Shown here piece after piece: positions 30,238-42,193 of a DNA stretch of 64,000 nucleotides. The stretch is from NCBI GenBank assembly GCA_963705165.1, contig CAVPJD010000030.1, positions 17,686-81,685 on the forward strand, given 5' to 3'. The translations under genes and the position numbers were made by a program. This stretch comes from an uncultured delta proteobacterium (GTDB taxonomy: Bacteria; Desulfobacterota; Syntrophia; Syntrophales; UBA2192). The notes below the pieces were generated by a model. That model was not told where the DNA came from. It was given only the letters and a program-made list of their open reading frames with translations, and did not search any database. Each line of letters opens with the position of its first letter. The stretch's first letter is position 1.

Positions 30238-30945
30238 ATGCTGAACGTCACGATCGATGGCAAGAAGATGGAAGCGAAGGATGGGGCGACGATCCTGCAG
30301 GTCTGCCAGGCCAATCATGTCCCGATCCCGACCTTGTGCTTCCACAAGGATCTCATGCCTTTCGGGGCCTGCCGCCTCTGTGTTGTGGAGGTGAAGGCCA
30401 ACGGCAAGTGGCAGGTGACGAGCTCCTGTGACACGCTTGTAAAGGACAAGACAGAGGTCCGGACGAACTCCGACAAGGTGAAGGAGAGCCGCAAGCTCGC
30501 CGCGGAGCTTCTTTACTACAAGTACCCCTCGACTAAGGCCGTCCGCGACATGGCGGAAAGTCTGGGTGTGGAGGTGGCCGGGGGGAAAGCCGAGGGCAGC
30601 GACTGCATCCTCTGCGGTCTCTGCACGCGAACCTGCCACGAGATCGTCGGCGTCGACGCCCTCAAGTTCCTCGACCGGGGCCTGGGCCGCAACGTGGCCG
30701 AACCCAAGATCGAGTTCGTCGCCGATGCCTGCATCGGCTGCGGCTCCTGCGCCTACGTGTGCCCCACGGGGTACGTGAAGATGGAAGCCTCCGGCGACCG
30801 CCGGATGATCTGGGACAAGTCCTTCAAGATGGTGGCCTGCGGCAAATGCGGCCGCTATTTCGCCCCCGAGGACCAGCTCAAGTGGATCAGCAAGAAAACG
30901 GGCGTCCCCATGAGCGTTTTGACGGTCTGCACCAGCTGCAAGTAG
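30238..30945 (+). CDS. [2Fe-2S]/[4Fe-4S] electron-transfer subunit (NuoG/FdhA/SfrA N-terminus-like)
   Basis: IPTLC..GACRLCVVE..SC, CILCGLCTRTC, CIGCGSCAYVCP, terminal CxxC...CxxC; no catalytic domain. Confidence 0.88.
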   Translation: MLNVTIDGKKMEAKDGATILQVCQANHVPIPTLCFHKDLMPFGACRLCVVEVKANGKWQVTSSCDTLVKDKTEVRTNSDKVKESRKLAAELLYYKYPSTKAVRDMAESLGVEVAGGKAEGSDCILCGLCTRTCHEIVGVDALKFLDRGLGRNVAEPKIEFVADACIGCGSCAYVCPTGYVKMEASGDRRMIWDKSFKMVACGKCGRYFAPEDQLKWISKKTGVPMSVLTVCTSCK

Positions 30946-30971
30946 GCAGTCAGGAATAAAACTTGCTTGAC

Positions 30972-31002
30972 AAAAGACCGCTCTTGACAAGGGGCGGTCT
31001 TT
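30972..31002 (+). terminator. Intrinsic terminator of the por operon
   Basis: AAAGACCGCTCTTG-A-CAAGGGGCGGTCTTT hairpin. Confidence 0.75.
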
Positions 31003-31012
31003 CCATTAACAT
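30984..31012 (+). promoter_or_regulatory. Sigma70-type promoter for tRNA-Asn
   Basis: TTGACA-N17-TAACAT ending 29 nt upstream of the tRNA. Confidence 0.65.
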
Positions 31013-31041
31013 GCGTTTTCGAATTTTTTGCACCGACAAAT

Positions 31042-31117
31042 TCCTCGGTAGCTCAGTCGGTAGAGCAGCTGGCTGTTAACCAGCGGGTCACATGTTCGAG
31101 TCATGTCCGGGGAGCCA
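31042..31117 (+). tRNA. tRNA-Asn(GTT)
   Basis: 76-nt cloverleaf, GCTGG-CTGTTAA-CCAGC anticodon arm, GTTCGAGTC, 3' GCCA. Confidence 0.97.
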
Positions 31118-31118
31118 A

Positions 31119-31162
31119 TAAATAAAAACGGGACCTCCTTTGCGAGGCCCCGTTTTTATTTA
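31119..31162. terminator. Bidirectional terminator after tRNA-Asn
   Basis: AATAAAAACGGGACCTC...GAGGCCCCGTTTTTATT. Confidence 0.75.
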
Positions 31163-31184
31163 TTAGCTCCATCTTGAAAACGGA

Positions 31185-32312
31185 TCAATGAACCACATCG
31201 ATTCCCAAAAGGATCCGGGCGGCAAGACCGACCCCGTAGGTGACGGCGCACGTCCCCATGATGACAAAGATATTGTGCGCAATCTTTATGAATATCTTTT
31301 TACCGGACAGAACCGCGACAAAGAACCCTGCCGCCGATATCGTGAAAACGGCCACGACAAAGGCGGTCACCGCTGGGATAAAGGGAGCGAGATCCCCCAT
31401 CACCCCGACGAAAAAGGGGATCAGGATCGGCACGGCTCCGATGATGAAGAAAAGGCCGGAGGTTTTGATGGCCTCTTTCGGCTCGCCGGCCTCGCCCAAT
31501 GATTTCATCGATTTGACCAGGCTGGACAGGATGGACGTGTCATCCCCGATGATCCCCATGATCTCTTTGACCGTTTCACTGCCGATTCCTTTCCCGACGA
31601 GGTCCTTTTCCAGCTCCCGTTTCAGGACGGCGGGGTTGATGTCCCTTTTTACATGGATTTCCCGGGTTCAGCCCTAGTGCAGATCGGAGGTAGCCTTCGA
31701 TGTGACATAGGATGTGGACATGATCGCGATGAGCCCACCGAGTGCACCGAGAAGCCCTGTCAACCCGATCGTCAGCGTTGATGCGTGCGCGGCGAGCAGG
31801 CCGATGACCAGTCCCAGCGTCTCGACACTCCCAATGGTCATGGCATCCATCGCTTCCCGGGTCTTTGCGATATAGGCTTCTTTGTCGGCAATCTGCTCCA
31901 TCATCTGCCACTCGTGGGCGATTTCCTGCCGGATGATATTGGTGATGATCTTGCGGGTGTCTTCGTCGTGCTTGTATGCATCGAGCAGCTTGGAGTACTC
32001 GAGGATCGCGTTTCGCTCCTCGTGCTCCATGTAGTGGATGAAGATGGTGAAAGGAAGGATGAGTGAAAGCAGTTTCCCCGAGAGGATTTTCAATCTCAGG
32101 GAAAGGGTGACTTCGAACCTGGCGCCATGGGACTTGTCGGCGATACGGCTCCAGACCGTTGCGTGCCCCTGCTCCATACGCCCGATCTTTGAGATGATTT
32201 CTTTGTGCTCGGCATCGTCGCATCGAGCGGCAAGAAAGCCGTAGAGACGCTCGGCAACGATTTCCGACTGCCAGTACTTGCGCAGCAATGACAGATTTCC
32301 TTCCACGGTCAT
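31185..32312 (-). pseudogene. Ferritin/rubrerythrin-like + VIT1/CCC1 membrane protein interrupted by in-frame TAG and TGA
   Basis: ExxH motifs (EQGH, EIAH) then VIT1-like TM segments; ORFs 31674-32312 and 31185-31559 share a frame, separated only by CAC TAG GGC TGA and 36 open codons. Confidence 0.75.
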
Positions 32313-32573
32313 CGGAACCTCTCTGAGATCGATCCTGATCCCATTGTCATGGCCGACCGGGTTTCTACTACCGTTTTCCTGCTGCCGCAGAGATGGGTTG
32401 GATGATTTTTTCCGGACGTGGAAAAGATCACGGCAGTGCCGGCGGCAAGGTCCCGCTTATGCAGGGACATCGCCGCCGGCTGCTCCCCTTCCGAGGAATT
32501 GATGCCTGATCAGGCCTTGGTCACTTCTTTTTCGCCGCCCTGTCTGTAGCCCTCGAAGACGGTTATGCGACGA

Positions 32574-34835
<2,262 letters not shown>

Positions 34836-34855
34836 TCATGATTCTTAATGTCTAT

Positions 34856-34872
34856 AAAGAATCATTATCTAT
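34856..34872. promoter_or_regulatory. Fur/PerR-box-like site upstream of katG
   Basis: AAGAATCATTATCT resembles the ATAATnATTAT boxes upstream of perR. Confidence 0.45.
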
Positions 34873-34921
34873 TACCAAGTAAAAAAAGAGCCATAAAATA
34901 GTGCCACAGAGCACGAGGAGA

Positions 34922-35377
34922 TTAGTTTTTCTGCTGACATTCCGGGCAAAGACCGAAGAAATCCAGGCGGTGATAGAAGATTTTATATCCCGTCTTGCGG
35001 CTCATCTCTTCGCTGAGTGCATCAATGTTCATCAGTTCGGGATCCATGATTTTCTTGCACTTCATGCAGATTGCGTGAGGGTGAGGCACCGGATTGTATC
35101 CGTCGTAGCGATTGCTCCCATCGGGAAAGCCAAGTTCCAGAACCTCGTTCAGCTCCTTGAGAAGAGAAACCGTTTTGTATACCGTGGCCAGGCTCGTCGT
35201 GGGGAATACGGCCTTAACTTCCTTATAAATGGCGTCGACGCTTGGATGCCCATCGCTTTCTGCAAGAATTCTGAGTATGGCCAGGCGCTGGGGCGTAATG
35301 CGGAAATCGCGGCTTTTCAGCTTGGAAAGCATCTCCTCGATGCGCTTTTGGGTTTCTATTAAATCCCTTTGTTGCAT
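34922..35377 (-). CDS. perR: Fur-family transcriptional regulator, PerR-like
   Basis: RITPQR, HPS, SLATVYKT, RYD...HPHAICMKC, C-terminal CPEC; adjacent to katG. Confidence 0.85.
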   Translation of the reverse strand: MQQRDLIETQKRIEEMLSKLKSRDFRITPQRLAILRILAESDGHPSVDAIYKEVKAVFPTTSLATVYKTVSLLKELNEVLELGFPDGSNRYDGYNPVPHPHAICMKCKKIMDPELMNIDALSEEMSRKTGYKIFYHRLDFFGLCPECQQKN

Positions 35378-35397
35378 CCCCAAAACCTGACTTTGAC

Positions 35398-35427
35398 GAT
35401 AATGATTATTTAAAAATAATGATTATC
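35398..35427. promoter_or_regulatory. Tandem Fur/PerR boxes, probable autoregulation site
   Basis: GATAATGATTATTT-AA-AAATAATGATTATC: two ATAATGATTAT boxes in a near-perfect 30-bp palindrome just upstream of the start codon. Confidence 0.75.
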
Positions 35428-35584
35428 GTTTACGCTTCTCCGCGAAAGTTTGTCAACGATTTATTTAGCCGTAAAAGATTGTGTCTGCAGGGGAGGGCGT
35501 GGGATTTTGCATGGTTGCGGCAAATCCCTTTTTTTGTTTGGCCCGGGCGAAGAGGTTGGATGATCAGAGATTCGGCAGGGCGTT

Positions 35585-36665
35585 CTAAAACGGCATCGCA
35601 AGGACCCTGGTAAAGGACATCCACACGTCGCTTCCATCCGCCAGATCATCGGCGACGGAGGGTCCCGTGGCCCGTACCTCCTGGGGGCCGAGGGCTACCC
35701 GGTAGTCCATTTCGTTTCCCAGATAGATCTTCCGGACCAGGCGCCCGGGAATCGCGCCGGGGGACGGATGGCCCGATACGGTGATCGATTCCGGGCGGGC
35801 CGCCAGGACGACCCGCTCGCCCGTCTTCATTTCCGAGTGGAGGCGGCCTTTCAGATGCACGGGCCCCGGGACATCGGTCAGGGCTACTACTCCCTCAGAG
35901 CCTTCCACGGAAACCAGCGTGCCTTCCAGGAAATTGATGAGTCCGATGAAGTCGGCCACGAAACGGTTTGACGGGCAATTCATAAATGTCTTTCGGCCTG
36001 CCCGTCTGCTGGACATAGCCCTTGTCCATGACGATGATCCGGTCGGACATGACCATGGCCTCGGCCTGGTCGTGGGTCACGTAGATGACGGTGATCCCGA
36101 GGCGGCGCTGCACGTCCTTGATCTCGAAGCGCATGCTCTCGCGAAGCTTGGCGTCTAGGTTGGAGAGCGGCTCGTCCAGCAGAAGAAGGGAGGGCTCGGC
36201 CACGAGGGCGCGGGCCAGGGCCACGCGCTGCTGCTGGCCCCCGGAGAGCTGGCTTGGAAGGCGCTTCTCCAGGCCTTCCAGGTGCACGAGATCGAGGACA
36301 TGGTCCACATTCTCGCGGATTGTTTTTTTCGAGGTGCCGCGGACTTTCAGGGGATAGGCAACGTTGGCAAAGACGTTCATGTGGGGCCACACGGCGTAGG
36401 ATTGAAATACCATCCCGATGTTGCGATCTTCCGGAGGCTTGTAGGTCCTGGTCTCCGAGCAGCTCACCAGCTCTTTGCCGATAAATACCCGTCCCGTCGT
36501 TGCCCTCTCGAAACCGGCGATGATCCGCAGCGTCGTGGTCTTGCCGCAGCCCGAAGGCCCAAGAAGGGATACAAACTCCCCCTCCCGGATGATCTCACTG
36601 AATGCCGCTACGGCTTCCACATTACCGAACTTCTTCGATACGTTTTCCAGTCTTACGTCGGCCAT
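35585..36665 (-). CDS. ABC transporter ATPase (FbpC/PotA-like, TOBE domain); one apparent frameshift near 35975
   Basis: [29 protein letters not shown] continues as [10 protein letters not shown] if one C is removed from ttgcccgtca. Confidence 0.88.
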
Positions 36666-36698
36666 GAATCGCCCCTATCCTTCGTTCCTATTCGCGTC

Positions 36699-36758
36699 GT
36701 CATCCCCGCAAAGGCGGGGATCCAGTCAATCTGGATTCCTGGTCAAGCCAGGAATGAC
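36699..36758. repeat. REP-like doublet palindrome (GTCATxCC...GGAATGAC type)
   Basis: GTCATCCCCGCAAAGGCGGGGATCCAG-tcaat-CTGGATTCCTGGTCAAGCCAGGAATGAC. Confidence 0.7.
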
Positions 36759-36801
36759 ATTCCCGCGTTACGATACTTCCTGTGCGTCTGCGTCCCGATC
36801 G

Positions 36802-38486
36802 TCAGATGGTGATTTTCCCCTTCGTGATTTTTGAAACCAGCACATTTCCTCCCAGGACCACCACAAGGATCAACACGGACAGCACGGAGGCGGCCTGCTG
36901 GTTGGAGTAGGTCTGCATCTCGAACAGGATAACGCCCAGGTTGTGCGTCTCGGGGCCATAGAGCAGAATGGTCATCGTCAACTCATAGAAGGTGGTCATG
37001 AACACAAGAAACCACGCGGCAATGAGTCCCGGCCGAACCAGCGGCAGGATGATGTCCCGGAAGCTCTGCATCCAGCTCGCCCCGGAGATCTGTGCCGCCT
37101 CTTCCAGCGACAGATCGATCTGCTCCAGGGAGGCGCAGACCGTGCGGACGGAGAATGCCAGATACTTGACGATGTAGGCCACGATCAGGATTGCAAAGGT
37201 GTTGTAGAGGTTGAGCCCGTACTTCCCCGAAAATGCGATGATGAGCGCCAGGGCAATGACCGTTCCCGGCGTGGCGTAGGGGACAGTTGCGATGAGGTCC
37301 GCCGCCCGGGCCAGGGGGCTTTTTACCTTCACGCGGTAATAGGCGATGAGACTTGCCACGAAGAGAGCCAGGGTTGCCGCCACGATGCCCAGAAAGAAGC
37401 TGTTCTGAAAGGCCTCGAGGGCCGTTTTGAACGTCAGGATATAGGCGTAGTGCTCCAGGCTCAGGTTCTCCAGGGTGATCGGCTCCCCGAAGACGCGGAT
37501 AAAGGATGTCACCACGATGGCCCCGATGGGCAGGATCACCAGGATAAAGCCCAGCAAACCCGAAAAAGGAGGGCCGGTATCTTGAATCGGCCCAGTGATA
37601 CGGGCAGGACGCGGGCGCTTTTTCCCCCCACGAGGGTGTAACGCTTCCGGCTGAGCAGGCGGTTCCCGAAAGTCATGGTGATGACGGCGATGACCATGAG
37701 AATGACCGACAGGGCCGTAGCCTCCCGCATCCCCGAGGTGGTCCCCATGTAAACGTACTGGATGACCTGCGTGGAGAGCACATAGATGCGACTGGGCATG
37801 CCGATCATGGCGGGGACACCGAAAGCGGAGGCCGAGGCGGCAAAGACCAGGAGTCCCCCCGCGAAGAAACTGGGAGAAACCAGGGGGAGCGTGATGTCCC
37901 AGAAGACCCGGAGGGGATGGGCACCGCTAATGCGGGCGGCCTCCTCCAGGGAGTTGTCCATTTGCTCGAGGGCGCTTGCCACATTCAGGAAAGCCAGCGG
38001 GTAGTAGAACAGAGTCATGACCCACACCAGGCCGGGGACGGTGTAAATGTCGAAGGGACCGGGCACTTCGGCGCCGAAGGTTTCAATCAGCATCTTGTTG
38101 ATGTATCCCACACCCGGGGTCATCAAAAGAATCCAGGCGATCGCCCCCACGTAGGGAGGGATCACATAGGGGATGAAGAAAAGGGAGCGGAACTGGCGCC
38201 GCCAGGGAAGATTGCTTCGCACCACGAGCCACGCAAGCCCCGTGGCGAAGATCATGGAGAAGAACATGGTAAGGCCGCAGACCCAGAGGGTCATCACCAC
38301 GGCATCCCAGTTGCGGTCCTTGCCGTAGACGGCGATGTAGTTCTGGAGGCTCAGATCCCCTTCGGTTCCGAGGAAGCTCCTGAAGACCAGCAGGGCAAGG
38401 GGAAAGAGGACAAAAACGACGAGAAAGAGCAGGGCGGAGCCAATGACGAGATTGCGCGCGCTGAAGATCCTCCCGGTCGAGCCCAT
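36802..38486 (-). CDS. ABC transporter permease (FbpB/AfuB-like, fused halves); apparent frameshift near 37560
   Basis: Two EAA motifs (LEEAARISGA, LEEAAQISGA) split across two overlapping ORFs. Confidence 0.85.
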
Positions 38487-38560
38487 GAATGAAACCGCTC
38501 CGCTTAGAAGTTCCCGCCGGCCGCTGCAAGGATGGGCCGGCGGGATCACAAACCGTCAAC

Positions 38561-39586
38561 CTACCGGAGAACCGTCTGGTCGAATCTTTCTTTCATTTTT
38601 TCCGGGTCCCGGCTGATGGCATCCCAGTCCATGGGCATGGCGAACTTGTTTATGTCCCCGATCTTCATGGCGGCATTGGCCGGCGGCGGCATGTCGGTCC
38701 TGACGGAGTGCATCCAGCCGGCGAGGATTGCCTGCTGGCCCTCCTTGGAGAGGAAGAAGTCATAAACGGCCTTTGCCGCCGCGGGGTTTTTCGTCGTCTT
38801 CATGATGGCAATGCCCGATGGGTTCACGATGGGCCCGTCAGAGGGGTAAACGAACCCCAGAGGTTTTTTCTCACTGATCGCCTTTAACACGTTTTCCTCG
38901 AGCAGCATTGCTACGGCGAGTTGGCCGGAGAGGAGTTTTGTCTCCACGGCGCCGTTTCCGGGCTCGCAGGCGATCCGGTTTTTCCGGAGGGCCTCGAAAA
39001 AGGGCCAGCCGTGTTTCGGCGAGCGCACCAGTCCCGATGTCCCCGCAAAGGCCGTGCCGGACAGAAGCGGGTTCGGCATGCCCACCTTGCCCCTCCATTT
39101 GGGGTCCGCCAGATCCCACCAGGTTTTGGGGAGGTCCTTGGCCGCCACGAGATTCTTGTTGTAGGCGATTCCGATGACGTTGATCCGCACGCCGGAGTAA
39201 TAGCCGTCCTTGTCGAGCCAGGCGGGAACGACATACTTCGCGTTGGGCGATCTGTACTGCAGGAGCCGCCCGTCGCGCTTGAGGGTGTTGTAGTAGGCGG
39301 GATCGGCGATCATGATCAAATCCGCCATGGAGCTGCCCTGATCGAACTCCGCCACGAGCTTCGCGATTACCTTCTCCGAGCCGCCGTAGAACCACTGCAC
39401 GTCCAGATCAGGGAAAGTCTTTTTCAAAACCGGCTTGAGCTGTTCGATGATGTGCAGATAGATGGAGCTGTAGATCATGACCTTGCCCTTGACCGGCTCG
39501 GCGCCGAAGGCCGGACCTGCCGCCATGGCCGACAGCAGGATCAGGCCCGCCGTCAGGACTGCCCATTTCGATCGCATGCGTTTCAT
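38561..39586 (-). CDS. ABC transporter substrate-binding protein (AfuA/FbpA/PhnS-like)
   Basis: Signal peptide, ADLIMIAD, PKTWWDLADPKWRG, PNPLLSGT, FFLSKEGQ. Confidence 0.88.
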   Translation of the reverse strand: MKRMRSKWAVLTAGLILLSAMAAGPAFGAEPVKGKVMIYSSIYLHIIEQLKPVLKKTFPDLDVQWFYGGSEKVIAKLVAEFDQGSSMADLIMIADPAYYNTLKRDGRLLQYRSPNAKYVVPAWLDKDGYYSGVRINVIGIAYNKNLVAAKDLPKTWWDLADPKWRGKVGMPNPLLSGTAFAGTSGLVRSPKHGWPFFEALRKNRIACEPGNGAVETKLLSGQLAVAMLLEENVLKAISEKKPLGFVYPSDGPIVNPSGIAIMKTTKNPAAAKAVYDFFLSKEGQQAILAGWMHSVRTDMPPPANAAMKIGDINKFAMPMDWDAISRDPEKMKERFDQTVLR

Positions 39587-39599
39587 TTCCCCTGCTCCT

Positions 39600-39692
39600 T
39601 GCGTTCTTTTTTTCCTGAGAGGTTAGTTGGATGATCCGAGCCGGACGAGTGCACCTTCGATTGATCGCCGGTGCCTGTTTTTCAGCGCTGTC
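39600..39692 (-). promoter_or_regulatory. Possible degenerate glycine-riboswitch-like aptamer upstream of the binding-protein gene
   Basis: Minus strand reads TCGAAGGTGCA...AACCTCTCAGGAAAA; canonical 5' GGAGA element not seen. Confidence 0.3.
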
Positions 39693-39716
39693 TATATGAA
39701 AAATACTGCCGCTTTG

Positions 39717-41162
39717 TCAAGGCAAGACGACGAGATCCTCCCTGTCCATCCAGAAGAGCAGGTCGGAGAGGTTCATTCGCACCCGGACGAAGGGAGAGAA
39801 GGCCACGGCCCACCGAAATTCCTCCTCCGTGGTGGGCGGGTCCGTTTCCCCGGGCCTGCAGGGAAGGCCCGATTTTTTCAGCAGCGGTTCCAACTCGCCT
39901 GCCCGCATCGTTAACCGGGCGAGTTCGATCCGGATATCCCCCCAGGAATCCACGAACGTTGCGATCCGGGGGCGGGCCGCTGCCCAGCGCTCTGATTTTT
40001 TGCGATATTCCGCTGAAAACTCCACCCGTGCTGCGTCCATTTTCTCCCGGTACGTATCCCCTCCGCGTGGAAGGGGAGCTGTGGCCATGCGCTGCTCCAG
40101 GACCCGCAGGACCTGCCCGATGTCCTCGTCCCGCCAGGCAATGCCCCGGAGGTTCTCCATTCCAAGAAGACGGTCGATGGTCCGGGCGCTGACAAGGGAG
40201 CCCAGAGCAACCTGCTCTCCGTGAAAGACTAATTCCCGCCCCGCCGTCAGCTTCAGGAAATCGAGGGCGTGGCTGATGACATGTTCGAAACCGGATAGCG
40301 GGGTCGTCTCGCCGGCCGTGGACATGGAAATCCCCGCCATGGCCAGTGCTGCGGCGGTACATGCCGTGGCTTCCTGCGGCAGGGGATGGTTTGCAAACCC
40401 GCCAGCTGCCCCCCGGATGCCCCCGGCAAAAGGCTCCATGAGGCGAAAGGCCGACTCGTCGTATCGTTCCATGACTCCCAGGCGATGCCCGAGAAGCCAG
40501 TCCCCATAGGCTACGAAGCGAGCCAGAAGATCCCCGTACCCTGCCCGGGACATGCCGGGCGGAGAGCATTCCAGGAAGGGCCTCACCCAGAAGGCGGCGG
40601 AAACCGGTCTGGACTGGAGAGTGCGCTTTGCCCCGTGGAAGTCGATGATGGCAAATGAGGAAGTAAATGCTGTCACAGTCAGTGCCGTGGGAATGGATAC
40701 GAAGGGGATGGGCATGCCCTCCACATGCAGGGCATGCTTCACCAGATCGGTGATGCTTCCGGAACCGAGGACGATCGCAGCTTCTTCTTTTCCCTCCCGG
40801 ACTACGCCGCGGATCCGCTCAAAACATTCGTGGGAGGCATGAAGCTCCCCGGGGGGCATGGCAAGTTCGGCCGAGAGGTCCGTCCAGCGGAAAGGGATGC
40901 CTGCCTCGCTTAGCAGGGCCCGGAACTCTCTGTCGATTTGTGCCGTCGGGCCTTCGGAGCACTTCTTGGGGAAGCCGTCTACAAAAACACGGATCAGCCG
41001 TTTCCCGGGCAGGCATGCGTGAATCCATCTGTGGAAGGCTTCCCGGAACTCGCCCAAGGATTCAGCATAGTGCTGGAACGGAACAAGGAGAGACTTCTTC
41101 GGGTCTTTCGGTATTCCTTCCCGCTCCAGGGTGCGATGAAGGGTCTCAAACCAGTGGTTCAT
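39717..41162 (-). CDS. sn-glycerol-1-phosphate dehydrogenase-like (AraM/EgsA family) dehydrogenase
   Basis: LGSGSITDLVK, PTALTV, AGYGDL, SGFEHVISHALD, HGEQVALG; start taken at ATG 41162. Confidence 0.8.
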   Translation of the reverse strand: MNHWFETLHRTLEREGIPKDPKKSLLVPFQHYAESLGEFREAFHRWIHACLPGKRLIRVFVDGFPKKCSEGPTAQIDREFRALLSEAGIPFRWTDLSAELAMPPGELHASHECFERIRGVVREGKEEAAIVLGSGSITDLVKHALHVEGMPIPFVSIPTALTVTAFTSSFAIIDFHGAKRTLQSRPVSAAFWVRPFLECSPPGMSRAGYGDLLARFVAYGDWLLGHRLGVMERYDESAFRLMEPFAGGIRGAAGGFANHPLPQEATACTAAALAMAGISMSTAGETTPLSGFEHVISHALDFLKLTAGRELVFHGEQVALGSLVSARTIDRLLGMENLRGIAWRDEDIGQVLRVLEQRMATAPLPRGGDTYREKMDAARVEFSAEYRKKSERWAAARPRIATFVDSWGDIRIELARLTMRAGELEPLLKKSGLPCRPGETDPPTTEEEFRWAVAFSPFVRVRMNLSDLLFWMDREDLVVLP

Positions 41163-41288
41163 GGCATTCGATCCTCGATCTGCGTCAGGCTTGCGCATTC
41201 TATCCGGTTTTTCCTCCCCTTCAAATGAAAAAAATTGTTCTTCAGGAAAAAATCGCTTAGAGTTGCAGAAATCACTGCGGAGGACTTC

Positions 41289-41621
41289 ATGAAAGGTCGC
41301 CCGAAAAACCCTCCCGCCCCCAAACGCCTGCCTGCACTGGTGGATGACTGCCCCTGCACGCAGATACGCTGCCACCGCCATGGAAACTGCGTGGAATGCG
41401 TCCGCGTGCACCGCACGAGGCAGCAGCACATCCCCGAGTGCCTCCAGGGCATGTTCCGTTCCCGGATAAAAGAACTGGCCGCCCTCGTGGAATACGACGT
41501 CCTCGATCTTCGAAGGACCCCGGCATTCTGGGATGAGCGTCTTGGAAAAAGAGGCCCCTTCCCACCGGAAAGGGAAATCTCCAGCGAAAAAACCATTGCG
41601 AAAGCGACCGACCGCAAATAG
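41289..41621 (+). CDS. Small Cys/His-rich hypothetical protein (possibly DUF6485-like)
   Basis: GGAGGA RBS; CPC...C.RHGNCVECVRVH...IPEC motif. Confidence 0.65.
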   Translation: MKGRPKNPPAPKRLPALVDDCPCTQIRCHRHGNCVECVRVHRTRQQHIPECLQGMFRSRIKELAALVEYDVLDLRRTPAFWDERLGKRGPFPPEREISSEKTIAKATDRK

Positions 41622-41841
41622 ATGACTCCGTTGACCGTCTGCTTCCGTGAGTCGGTAAATGTCGGTAAACAGAAGAAAGGATTTCGGATCGCTGCGAAAT
41701 CCCTTCTTGGTTTGGTCCGGGAGTGCCATAAACGATTAAGGCGGATTCGACGGCTTCCGACGATTTTTGCGAGTTACTTTTTTGTAACGGACAACTACGG
41801 TTTTTTCATCCCTTACTACCTGACTTGATTATCCTTTTCCC

Positions 41842-41872
41842 TTGACACGACTGCCTTCTTTCTATCTATACT
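41842..41872 (+). promoter_or_regulatory. Putative sigma70 promoter of the oxoacid oxidoreductase/Hdr operon
   Basis: TTGACA-N19-TATACT; spacer longer than consensus. Confidence 0.4.
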
Positions 41873-41902
41873 CCTACTCTACATCCAGGGGTAAACGCGG
41901 GA

Positions 41903-42170
41903 ATGAAATACTGGAGAAAACCATTAGATGAGGCGACTGCCCGGAAGAGCCGCGGCGAGATCGTCGTAATCGTTGACCGGTGCAAGGGTTGCGGTTTCTG
42001 CATCGCCTACTGCCCCCGGGGGGTTTTGCGCCTTTCCTCCGGTTTCAACAAAAAGGGCTATCACCCCCCCGAAATCGTGAATGCACCGAAGTGTGCATCC
42101 TGTCACTTCTGCGAGGCCTTGTGTCCGGAGTTTGCCATATACGTCGTTGAGCCACGACACCACGGCCTGA
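41903..42170 (+). CDS. korD: 2x[4Fe-4S] delta subunit of a 2-oxoacid:ferredoxin oxidoreductase (end approximate)
   Basis: CKGCGFCIAYCP, NKKGYHP, CASCHFCEALCPEFAI; as assembled it reads through into korA. Confidence 0.75.
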
Positions 42171-42193
42171 ATGTCTTGCTAAGGAGCGAAGAG

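Noticed and set aside
31668..31676. Adjacent pyrrolysine and selenocysteine recoding
   Set aside because: No SECIS-like hairpin, no Cys-motif context, no pyl genes in the window; kept only as an unexplained double stop.
41163..41729. N-terminal 189 codons of ORF 39717-41729
   Set aside because: No family motifs and overlaps a better-supported plus-strand ORF with an RBS.
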